From Klebsormidium nitens (lineage: Eukaryota > Plantae > Klebsormidiophyceae): 64,000 bases of DNA. Location of the stretch: NCBI GenBank assembly GCA_000708835.1, contig DF237268.1:39197-103196 (forward strand), given 5' to 3'. A program made the position numbers and the translations under genes. Shown here in pieces: positions 40,548 to 52,700 of the stretch. Position 1 is the stretch's first letter. Every line of letters starts with the position of its first letter. The notes under the pieces were generated by a model. The model was not told the DNA's origin and did not search any database. It worked only from the letters and a program-made list of their open reading frames with translations.

Positions 40548-42325
40548 ATGGCAGGCTTGAAACGGGAGCCTAAAGTCCGAATCCGCAGCGTAGACGACCA
40601 TGTCATAAAGTTTGAGCTCCGTGACACAGATACCAGCGTTGCAAATGCTCTACGCAGAGTGATTCTTGCAGAAGTTCCGACAATTGCAATTGACTTGGTG
40701 GAGATTGAAGCAAACTCTTCGGTTTTGAATGACGAGTTCGTTGCCCATCGATTGGGCCTTATTCCTCTGGTCAGTGATAGAGCAGCACAGATGGTGTATG
40801 GCCGGGATTGCGATGTGTGCGATGGCGACACGCAATGCGAACATTGTTCGGTGGAGTTTACTCTGGACGTGCGCTGCGAGGGGGACTCCACTCTGGATGT
40901 AACCACCTTTGATCTTCAAACCTCCGATGAGACGGTGGAACCAGCGGATGTGGCTGCAGCGAGGAAAGCAATGGAGGAAGATGAGAAACTGTAGGTGGTG
41001 TGCATTTGGAGAACTCTGACAGCTTTTGCATCAAACACTGCGCCTTGGGCGCCAAGCTGCTGGAAGGTCACTGAGGTGTGCTGTTGTAACTTGCAGGAGA
41101 AGAGAGATTGTCTTCTTTCTGACAGCACCACCAGTAAATTCCTTGTGCTTGGAAATGCCATATGTCCGGAACCTTGCGATGGGCGTACATGAGTATCATC
41201 GTGTTTGTAACGTACAAACATGAGATCAAAGGGGCATCGAAGGTGGTGACAGATAATGTTGGAAACATTGGAACATCGGCTGGTCATAGCAAGCTGCAGC
41301 TGCTTCCTCCTGACCCGAGTTAGAGTGGAACCAAGTGGTCTTCCCCGACAAGTGGTTGAAAACGACCAGAGCCCATGTGGGTGATGCACGTTCGTTTACG
41401 GGATTGATCACAGCACATCTGTCAAAGTTTCATGGCTTGCATCCTGACTATTTGTGCTTTACTTGCAGGTTGAAGGGCATCTTAATAGTAAAATTACGGA
41501 AGAACCAGGAGGTCAAGCTGCGCTGCCTGGCACGCAAGGGCATCGGCAAGGACCACGCGAAGTGGAACCCCGCGGCCACTGCGGTCTTTCAGTTTGAGCC
41601 GGAGATCATCATCAACCAGCAGCTTATGGAGACGCTGACCGAGGAGCAGAAGCAAGAGTGGATTGACTCCTCGCCCACAAAAGTTTTTGACATTGATCGG
41701 GCAACCCGGCAGGTAACTCTATTCTGCAAAATCCAAGTCACTCCAAATCTTCTTCCTGGAAGTTCGACCGTTGAGAATGAAAGTGGCTGACTTAATCTGA
41801 AGATGTGGCACTTGGGGCTCCTTGCTTATGTGAGCGGGTCTACCTATCTGTTCGAGTCTGCACTGTCTCCTGGCAGCGCCCCAGAGCAGTTGTTGGTCCC
41901 TGCAAAAACCTGAGTAACTCAGTAAGTCCCTCCAGAATGGAAGTGAAATGTATTCAGTGGTGCGAGCGGGCACAAGAGTGGCACCCATTGCTGGTTGTGG
42001 GCCCGCCAGGTGCCAGGACTGCATGATTTTAATACATTGCGAGCATTGAATGCAGGTGCAAGTCGTCAATGCGGAAGCGTACGCCTATGATGAGGAAGTG
42101 ATCAAGAAGGCGGAGGCCATGGGCTTCCCAGGTTTAGTGACCATCTCCGCCCGGGAAGATAGTTTCATCTTCACAGTTGAGGCCACGGGAGCACTGAAGC
42201 CGGAGACAATCGTGCTCAATGCTCTTGACGTCCTGCGGATGAAACTTGACGGTGTTAGAAACGGGCTTACGATGGCCCTTATGGAAGATCCACAGATGAT
42301 GAACTATCAAATGAATGGGGGATAA
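40548..42325 (+). CDS. NRPB3: DNA-directed RNA polymerase II (and IV/V) subunit RPB3; 3 coding exons
   Basis: [61 protein letters not shown], Zn-binding [43 protein letters not shown] and [13 protein letters not shown]. Stop TAA 42323-42325. Confidence 0.97.
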
Positions 42326-43516
42326 GTGCTGTAAGGAGATCACAAGTGAGGTTCATTCTAGTCGTATCCAAACCCCCTCCATACAAAGACCGAATTGCGA
42401 AGAACCTGGTGAGCCATCGTCCAATCTGGTGCAGTGATTTAGCGGGCTTGCAAACCACTATCAGATTCGAATGGTGATGTCCGCGATAGGCCAGCTGCAT
42501 ATTGAGCCTGCGTGCAATGACTGCGCTTTCAAAGGATCTTACGGATCGGTTCCGATGCCTCTTAGCTCTCTGTAATGAAGCCGGCCAGTTGAACTAGACA
42601 GCTCAGAAAACGCGTGGACTCATAAAGGATCGATAGGCTGAAGATTGAGATTGCAGATCGAATTACACAAGTCCGAGCAATGGTGAAATGGATGGACGTA
42701 ATGAAAATCTTTGCATGTAATACAATCGCAATCAAATGATCGTCGCTCGCCCGGCTATTAAACTCGCGAGCCAGGCCTGGCATGATACATAAGTGTAGCT
42801 TGCAATCCATTCGAGAATTTCTCTATCATTATGGCCAGCATGCATGCCGTATATCGATCATATATCATTATACGTATACCATGCACATGATGCACCAATG
42901 ATTGCAGTCGGATCCGCATGCACTACTAAAGCTCTATGCAACTTTTATCCTGATTGGCTCCTGGCCGCGCTCGCCGGCGCTGACTGCCTTAATATGGTTA
43001 AGGCAAATCCATGCAAGGAATCCGAAGTACACTGGGCACTGACCATTTGAATTGGCACAGGCTGCTGCCAAGAGCGTCGTTACTCATGTGAATCCATCTG
43101 GTCTCGTTAGATCCATTTAGAATGTTGCAGAAGTTTCTTCATTTGTGGTCATCCGAGCAGAGTGATGTGCCGTGTCATGTGCCGTGTCCTCCATAGATTC
43201 AACAATTCCAGCAGCGCCATTTTCAAGGATGTTCTAATCCGCCATGTAACGCTTAAGCTTCCAGTTTCGCACAGTTCCTTCTTCTCAACAGGTATATTCG
43301 CAACAGACTGGCTATCCAGGTGCCGTACCGCTTTGTAGACTCCCAAGACGGCGAAGAATCTTTTCTATGAAGCGAGTTGCCAGGGGGACGCTCCACCTGC
43401 ACAAAGGAGCCCAAAGGAACCTTCTTTTTGAAAGTCCAGCAATGGAGCAGCCTTCTAGCGGAGATCCTTGACTGTTGAGAGAAGGGAAACAACAAAGTGA
43501 TGACAAGATTGCCCTC

Positions 43517-46500
43517 TCAAGACTGGCTTAGGTGATTGTCACCTCGCGGTGCACATGGCCGCACCTTGCAAATCTTGCCGTTGCTGCGCGTGTACACCAC
43601 GCCGGACCACTCGACCTGGGCGTGCACGAACGTCCAGACCGCGCAGAGCGGGTACATGAACTCGCCCACCACCATGCCCGCCAGCACCTGCACACAGCGG
43701 GGGCCCACAGCAGCGGTACTAAGGCCGAGTCCAGCAGCGGCAACGCGTGCCCGCCTGACCTAGGGAAACGAATAGAGGAGGAGATTGCTCTCCCTGGTCT
43801 CCTCTGTAAGGGAGGTAACCCAAAGAAAGCAAAGATCAGCCGCTGGATACCAAGTGGCGCGTCGGCAACACGATTGTGACATCCGACCCAACACGGTCGA
43901 CGAAGAGGCACTGACTTCCGAAAGGAAACTGAGACTTTCTTACACAACATGGCCAGCAGCTCGAGTCGATATAGGCTTGAAGACATGAACCAATCTGCAG
44001 AAGGACCAGTTTGGCGGATAGAGGGCGTACCATGGGCCAGCGGATGCTGTCCAGCGAGACGGGCGGTTGCTCCGGCGCGAGGGCGTTGCAAAGGTCGATG
44101 ACCGCTTGCGCCATGTGCTTGAGGGCCAGGTACGCCAGGTAGAAGCACCCCACGAGAGCCCAGGCCAGGGCGCACCCTGAGCACCACAGGGGCGGCCAGG
44201 TCAGCGGTTTGTGTGATGGCTCGCCTTCAAAACCTTCGCAAGGTTCTGTTCATACAGAGTCCCAACCAGACCAGGCAGCGCCGATGCAGTCCTGATCCTT
44301 GTCGACGAACGAATGTCGATATGCGCAGCAAAGCATGAACAAGATGGCAAGGGGTGGCCAAGGACAAGACTGTTTTCGGCGACTTACAGTATACTTGAAA
44401 ACGGGAGCAACTGCGGAGCGGACCTCGACATAGTACATCGACGTAGGCAGAGACCGGTTCGTTGCGCTCTCATGAGATCCGCTGCTTACCTGTGGTACAG
44501 CTGGTGCCATCGACAACGCCCGGCGCTCCGGGGTGCTCGTCTCCGGGAACCAACAGCCGCAGCCCACGGGCCGTCAGGCTTGTGAGGGACAATGCAAGGT
44601 GGACGGCGGTGGGCACGAGGGGCAGGACAAGGCCCCACGAGAGGTAGCAGTGGGCCAGGAAGAGCGCCCGGTTCACGATCTGGTTGTGCAGGGAACAGTA
44701 GGTCTCGAGCACGAAAATTTGGCGCCGCAAGTAGTTCCAGTACCTGCAGCAACGGGAAAACGAGTTTGGGTGCCTTACCGGGATGACAAGCGGGGAAAGG
44801 TCGACCGGATGTGCCGCCCCAATAGGCGTCGAGAATGCAACTTGACAAGCGTTGCTTGAAGGCCAAACGAGGGCAAAAGCCCCGACTGCAAATGGGTGCT
44901 GGGCCAAAATGTATCCCACAGCTCACCTCCCTACGGTGCATTTGCCAGACAGGGGGTATAAGAAGACCGCCATTGGTGGGCAGATGACTTTCCGTCCATT
45001 GTCTCCTGAAAAGAGGGCGCAGCAGTCAAGAAAGTCCACACTGCGTGTAGAAGCAACCAATTCGCAACGTGGACCAAGCTTCAACTCTGATTTTTGTGTC
45101 CCAACTCATTCAAGGACGCAAGGTCGCCCAAGGCACCTACAGCACGAAACCAAGAGAGCTCTTCTTCACCGGCAAGCAGCATGATACAAAGACCAAGAGC
45201 ACGGTTCATGGTGTAAAAGCAGGCTGAAGGCACTCGACGAAACTTTTCCGTCCGGATACGTTTCGACAGGTTGTGAAGCCACTTCTTTCCTACCTGCTAT
45301 CGAGGCCAGTATAAGATCGTCCGAATATCCGCCGTTCTTCCACGCTGTTGCCATCCCGTATCGATCAGTCCGCCAATCGTCTGCGTGCATCTGGTGCAAC
45401 CCAAGGGAAAGCAGGTCGACCAGTCAGCCCTGCCTTGTTTGAAAATTCTGAACCATGTTAGCCAGTCGAACTTTGGACCTGCTCGCTTCAAAAACAGCTC
45501 TGATAAACGAACGCGGCAAAAGTTTCGAACAAAAGGGTACACAGGGGCACGAATTTGCCACACTATCCCACCGTTTTGTCAAAAAGCATGGGAGTCGTGA
45601 GTCGCAACACGCTCCTAGCAAGAACTGGAAGCTAGAGTATAAGAAGGGAGATTGTCAACTGCCTCTAGAGACTCGTTGCACGCACATGGCAAGCCTGGCT
45701 CCGATCGTGGATGGTGGCAGAGGCTCACCATCATGCAGCCGCCCCAAACGAATGCCGTTTGGCCGCCAGTGGAAAACCCGATGAAGAGAGGCTGTAAAGG
45801 GAGAGATGACCGATATCACGAGCTTGGCATCAATCTACAGCAGTCAACGAGCTGCGGACTAAGAGCCTTGTAGGGAGAGTGATTATAATTGAACCGGTGT
45901 GAGGCCTTATGTTACACTGGCTGCAAGATTGTGAGCCAACAGGCACGACACAACCTGACTGTGGTCTAAAGACCAACTCGAAGAAAGTGCTTGCAGGTGG
46001 GACGGTGTGCTTACTAGATGGTACTCCATGAAACAGTAGTTGATCATGGAGCCGTCTGGAATGTCGAAGGGATACCCCGTCACCATGAATACCTGACAGT
46101 CACAAGTGAAGCGCGAATAAGCTCCTGCAGGCATGTTCGACAACTTCGAAACTAACCAGAAAGACTAACATCGTCTCCCCGAGAAAGAGGGTCTTTACAA
46201 ATCTGAACTCGTGAACGAACGACTACACAGGTGGACCTACAACATCCCACAGCAAGGGCGCACTCATTGCCGGTCACAATTTGATGACAAACATTTGTGA
46301 GGGTGGAAGGCCAGGTGAGGGCTCACCTCTGGCTCCTTCTCCATGCACGCCACCAGCTGGCCGACTGTGCCTGGATGTACTTGGATGTCGTCGTCCAGGA
46401 ACAGCACGTACTTGGACGACTTGGACATGGCTGCCACACCCGCCTGCAACGGCGACATTACATGTGGGCAATCTGCGGCAGAGGGTACGTCCACCCGGGG

Positions 46501-48282
46501 GCTCAAAGGGAGAATGAAAGAGGGGCTGCATAGGGCCTTCATTTGCTGTGCGGCAATCTGGCGAAGGCACCGTCTAACAGCACCTCAACAAAGTCTAACT
46601 AGTCCAGATTGACCGGTCGATCACCCCGTAGTGTGCATGCCCCGTAACAACTTGTTTGCAAGCAACCGAACCTGCAACGCCTTCTGGCTAGGGCATCAGG
46701 TATGGGGGCAGCACGAAAGAGCAGCACAAACTAGTAACCTCTGAAAGTCTTAAGCTCCCATCTTCCTTTTCCGGGGAAGTGAAAGCACTGTAGAGACAGA
46801 CAGCAAAATCTGGACGGATGGGAACATGCGCGGCTCACCAGCTGGTTGTGGATCTTCTGGCTGCAAGTGGTTGCCCATCCCGCAATCACCAAATGAGCTG
46901 TCACGTCATCCTGGGACAGGTCGTGATTAGGAACAGCATCAGAGCTTCATTCCAAACGTGCTCAAGTTCGAGTGTAAAGAAAGGCAAATTGGGACTGCCC
47001 TTTCTGACACAGGCATCTACTTTCCAGAACAAGAGCTTGCATGTTCTGATACTTCACTTTCCAAGACAGTTCATGCAGGCACCATGTCGGTGCTGGAAAG
47101 ACGAATGAGCTGAAGAAGGGTCCTTGTCCTGAGTGTATCGTGAGGGAAGAAATCCACTGGAAGTCCTCCTCACCGCAAGCTCTTCTATCAGGCTGGTGAT
47201 TGCTTCACAAGCAGGATCCGCACCATCCTCTACAATAAACAGGTACTCAATCTCTCCTCCATAGAGAGTCGCAAGCTGCAGAGAAAGCAGGCAGCTGTGA
47301 TTGTCAGCTGCAGCCCAGGGTGCTCAATGAGTGATTGCACTGCCCAAAATGCCGCAGCAGAGCAAGGGCCTGTTCCCACACCTGTTCCCAGCAATCGCAA
47401 GCAGGCAACATCAGCTAAGATCTTGTCTGCGTCAGCTTAGAGAGCCAGCTGGTACCTGCGTCTCCCAGTTGCTAACGCTGTGCTCCCCAATGCCTTTCAC
47501 AGGTAGGATTACTGAGACACTGGGCAACCCGGACTGAGCTTTGTAGGAGAGACCACCTCCATCATGGCTCAGAAACGCAAGTGTGTTCCCCTTTCTTTCG
47601 CTCTTGCGAATCCGCTCCAGCTCCTGCAGACTGCAGACCCAACGGTGGTTCTTATCAAGCACATATAAACAGATTTGGGGTTGAATTACGAAAGGGACAA
47701 GCTGGAGATTACCAGCAAAACATCATTGTCAGATCTTGTCCAGTGGCCTTCAGGCATAAAATTGAGCTATTTGAAGGCCTCTGATCTGTTATAGCCAGAA
47801 GTAGAAAGAAGATTTGATGGACTGAAAGACCTGCACCTTGGTTGCCTAAGAAGAATGAAAGCAGAAAGACTCACCGACACTGAGCAGCATAGAGCCAACC
47901 GATAGCCAACAAGACCACAATCACACAGCCCTGCAAAGATGGACCAGCTTGCTCAATTTGATGCCATTTGAGGAAAGTAGCATCTTTGCAACTTTCCGTG
48001 GAACTGCAACACGCGGATCTCTGGACGTCTTTCAAGCTCACAATGTCTTGCTGGTTTGCGTTCATTTATAAGAAAGTTGCATTAGGCTGGCTGAATTCTT
48101 CTCATTCTCATCTGTAATGACGAAAAGCATTTCTAGCGCATTTGTAAACAGGAGCTGCATCTGTGGGGTGGTGTGCAGCTGCATTTCCCAGGGTGGTGTA
48201 CCTGTGCCTGCAGAATCAGGACCCAATTATTGCACAGAAAAGTCCGATCCGCGCAAAGCTGGGACCCCGAAATGGGTACCAT
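43517..48282 (-). CDS. GCS: Glucosylceramide synthase (GT21, plant type); spliced
   Basis: MVPISG..VLILQAQ|GCVIVVLLAIGWL, LPSVSVILPVKGIGEHSVSNWETQ, VIAGWATTCSQKIHNQL, KYVLFLDDDIQVHPGT, TGYPFDIP..YCFMEYH, MHADDWRTDRYG..GGYSDDLILAS, RYWNYLRRQIFVLETY and VEWSGVVY..NGKI. These match the plant GCS pattern. The last exon and stop are uncertain (a further exon near 43250-43470 is possible). Confidence 0.9.
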
Positions 48283-49706
48283 GATACCCCCATGAAATTG
48301 CTCCTCCCCACAGTGATGATTTCAACTGGATTGACAAACTAGGGCGCATTGCCAGTGCCACATGATGGAACTTCAAGATGAAGCACAGAAGCATCCTACC
48401 AGAAGTTTTTATGAGATTATGTCTCCTCTGTCCCCTCTGCAACTTGTGCAAGCACTGGTAAAATGGCGAGTGGTAAAATGCTCTCCAGTGTCCACTGTCG
48501 CGCTAGCCTAGCGGCCAGAATCCAGATGCACATTGTGACCAAGTTTCATCAGCCAACCCCCCTCATGCAATGCTCACGCGTAGTGTTGAAAACTACGCGC
48601 GCAGATCTTTCCCGTAAAAGAACGGCTGGGGGGAAGTAAGGCCCTCATCAGTTCCCTATATAGGTACTGCCAATAGACCCCCGGCGCAGTCCGCGTGGAG
48701 CGCGCGATCTCGTGGCAAAAGCATCTGGGGGTGGTCGGAGACTCGGAGATCCACATGTAGACTTGGCTCTGTGTCTTCTCCAGACTCCAGAAAGCAGGCT
48801 GTGACGTACGACTCGCACCTTTCTCCATGATGGCTGACTAGCTGAGATCCAGGAAGTGGAGATATTTAGGACAGATAGGTCTTGATGTGGTTGACGAGAT
48901 ATTAATACGCCATTGAGGGCCGACATTCTCGCAAGGTAAGTGGTCCATTGTGGGTTTGCAGAAGGATTTGTGTAAGGCCCCCTGGAGCAATCGCTGCGCA
49001 TGTTGGCATTCTGGTTGCGATATGTGCTGACCCACTCCTGATTAGCAAAGGCATTCGAAGCATATGCAGAGGTCCACATTCATTCAAGCTGCTGTATGTA
49101 GTCTTCAGTTCGATTGCAACCAATATCCTAGCTGTGCATGTGAAGTCCCCATTACATTGAACTATTGCCCTAGTGATAGAAGTTTTGGAGACAGGTCCCT
49201 CAGGCTGTCACGTGAGATCTAACACGCATTCCAGAAAGATGACGTTGCTCAGAACTTGCTCTCCTAACTGTGGTCCAGAATGTAGAAATAATCAAGACCG
49301 TTGCCTCAGAGAATGCAAGCAACCTTGTTTTAGTGGCGACAGTGACCACTCATTCGTTAGACCTGGACTTATTGCCGAGAGACAGTTGCATCTACTTGAC
49401 TGAAGTTTTCTCACCGAGCTTGGGTCTCTGTGGTCCTTGTGAACGCAGTTCTACTGGTACAATCGGTTGTCCTTCCCGGGATCTTGGGCAAAACGAGCAT
49501 TCGGCTTTGGCTGGGCATCACCAAGGGTCAGCAGCTCAGCATTGTCAACATGAAGAAACGGAAATCCGAAATTGACGAAGTAAAGCAGCCCAGGGGCAGG
49601 TGGGCGGATACAATGCTGAGGCCAAACTAAGGTCAAATTTCCACGAAGGTCCGCGTAAGGGCCCTGTCCATGCCCGCCCCTCTGCCTGGCCCCCACCAAG
49701 GCAGTT

Positions 49707-52700
49707 ATGAGCAGTAACGGCCATGCGAGCCCTTCCGCTCCCGTCAAAAAGGTGTCCTTGTCTTTCAATAACAACGAGTTAGGGGGGGGCGCTCGCCGGA
49801 GCTTCAGCCGCGAGGGCAGCTTCTTGGGAAATTCAAACGCCACGTCTGCAGCCGAATCCAGCTTCATCCCAATCTCACCCTCACCCTTCTCCAAGCAAGC
49901 TGAGATCATCAGAGGTGGCAGAAAGTCGCCCGAGCCCTTCACTTACCCAGAGACCAAACCCACTTACCCAGAGGCCAAACCCCCGGCGCCTGCAGAGGAT
50001 GAGCCTCTGGAGTTGCACGTCGAGGAACGCAAGCGGCAGCACGCGCTTGCGCAGGAGCACCTCAAGGTTGAGCCCGTGGAGGCATCAGTGCTGCGCCATG
50101 TGCAGTACACTCTGGCCCGGCGGCATCAGCCTCTCACAGCACCAGACTTATACCTAGCCACAGCATTGAGCGTGCGGGAGCGGCTGATTGAAAGGTGGAC
50201 CGACACCCAGAGCTACTATACCACTAAGGTGAGTATTGAGCGCAGTCATCAGATCTTAGTAGCGCCTCTTTCCCTAAGGAATAAAGGCATGCCATTCCCT
50301 TCTCACGGCCAATCCCAATTATTCGGCCTTCAAACCCTTCTTTCTATCCCCAAAGGCCCATCTGCAGATACTTCGCATGAGCTTCTTCTGTGTCCATCAG
50401 GTGGTGGGGCTGACTGATTTCTACTGCCCGCAGGACCCAAAGCGCGTGTGCTACCTGTCTCTGGAATATTTGGTGGGCCGCTGCCTGCAGAATACCATCC
50501 ATAACCTGGGAGTCGAGGTAAGACACATGCTAGCCCTGGGCAGGATTGCGCCAATCTGTCAAAGACAGTATCATTTATAGGGGACATCTGCAGTATCAAG
50601 TCATGGACTTGAAGATGGAAACCACGATGCGATGAAGCTTGAGCTCTGGGGCAAAGCTACTAAGCATCCTGCCATGCTCAGAGTGATGCACAAAGCAGGC
50701 CTTGTTTAGTTCTAAGGACCACTGCTTTGTTCTATGTGCGACCGGTCTTGATAGGAAGCGCGTACTTTCCCCCTTAATGAGCGGGCATCAGTCAGTGGCC
50801 TTTTGTGCTTTCTGCAGAATGAGTACACGCGGGGCATTGCAGCCCTGGGCTACGAGCTTGAGGACCTAGCGGCGGAGGAGCACGACCCCGCCCTCGGGAA
50901 TGGCGGCCTGGGGCGGCTGGCGAGCTGCTTCCTGGACTCCATGGCCACCCTCAACTACCCTGCCTGGGGGTAAGTCGCTGTCTCCGACTGAGTTAGTAGG
51001 GGCTTCAAGTGTACTCCTGCACCGTGGGTTGGTTCAAGTGCTGAGCCTTTGTGTATGTGAAAGAATTTCCAAGGGTAGATTCGATTGTGTAATTGTGACA
51101 CATTTCATGATCAATCGCCCTTCCTCAAGAGCGGCTTTCCCGGTTGCGCAGTTATGGGCTGCGATACCGCTACGGAATGTTTGAGCAACGCATTGAGCGG
51201 GGCCAGCAGCGCGAGGTGCCCGACTACTGGCTGCAAGGGCACACAAACCCGTGGGAGGTGCAGCGCCTGGACATCAGCTACCCGGTGCGCTTCTACGGCC
51301 ACGTGCATGCGGTGCGCCAGGGCTGCAACCTGCGCTACCAGTGGGAGGGCGGGGAGATTGTCAAAGCGCAGGCCTTCGATAGCCCCATCCCAGGGTAAGG
51401 ACTAGTAACAATGAAAAATGCGTGAAAAGTCAGACCAACAAGTCAGCCGGGAAGGGCCGCGGTGGCGCTATCCTTTCAGTTGTATAAACAAGCTCATTTA
51501 TTGATAAGACCTTCTGCTCATGCTCACACCTTCTTCCGCAGATCTTGCCCTCGGTGGTTCCAATAAACATTTTCCGTGAAGCATTTCGAAGGGGAAAACA
51601 CAGCAGCCTTTAGATTTTCCTCGGCGATCGCTTTGCTCCTTAGAAGCAAGCGCTTGTTCCTTGCGCCAGATGTCCGCACAAGCATACGCTTATCGACATT
51701 CATAGTTCGTCCGCTTTTGCCTGCCTCCCTCGTTGAGTCCTTTTTTACCATAGATCTAGACGTAACCCTTGCGCAAAGCAACGATGATGGGCTGCTGCTG
51801 AAGGCCTGGGAGGATCGAGTGCAGCCGGCTTACTGGAGTGTGCACTTGGACTGGTATTGCAGCACTTTATGCAGCCCATCAGAGATAACGTGCTCAAGAG
51901 TATGAAGGGATTCGAGGTTAGCTTCTCCACTCAGCCTTCATCCCGCTGCACTAAAGATTGACTCGCTGCGTGTGGCCGCAGGTATCGCACGCGCAACACC
52001 AACACGATGCGGCTGTGGAGCAGCTGTGCGTGGGACGAGTTCGACCTGAACGCCTTCAACGCAGGCCAGCTGGCGGCCGCGAGCGAGGCGCGCGTGCGCG
52101 CAGAGAGCATCAGTGCGGTGCTGTACCCGAACGACCACACGGATGCCGGCAAGGAGCTGCGGCTGAAGCAGCAGTTCTTCTTCGTGAGCGCCACGCTTCA
52201 GGACGTGGTGCGGCGGCTCAAGCGGTCGCGGCGCCCGCTGGCGGAGCTGCCGGACAAGGTGGCCATCCAGCTCAACGACACGCACCCCACCATCGCCATC
52301 CCGGAGCTCATGCGCATCATGCTCGACGTCGAGGTGGGTCCTGGCTGGAGGACTCCGTTTGTGAAAGAAGCATGTTGTAATCAGGCGTTTCTTGTCCAAC
52401 AAATTGCAGGGTAGTCAAGTCAAAGCTCAGCCGGCGTATGCTGGGATAAGCACACTGCGCGAAGGTGTCTGAATGGCGTGACGGGACGTTTCTGGCTGTT
52501 GGTTATCACGATGTTGTCAAGAAGACTGTGTCCAGACAACAACCCTTTCCGCAGCCCGTGTCTCTCGCTCTCGTTTACAATGATTCTTACCTGCAGGGGC
52601 TGGAGTGGGCGGAGGCGTGGTCCATTTCGACGCGCACGTTTGCGTATACGAACCACACCATCCTGCCTGAGGCGCTGGAGCGGTGGCCGGTGCCCCTACT

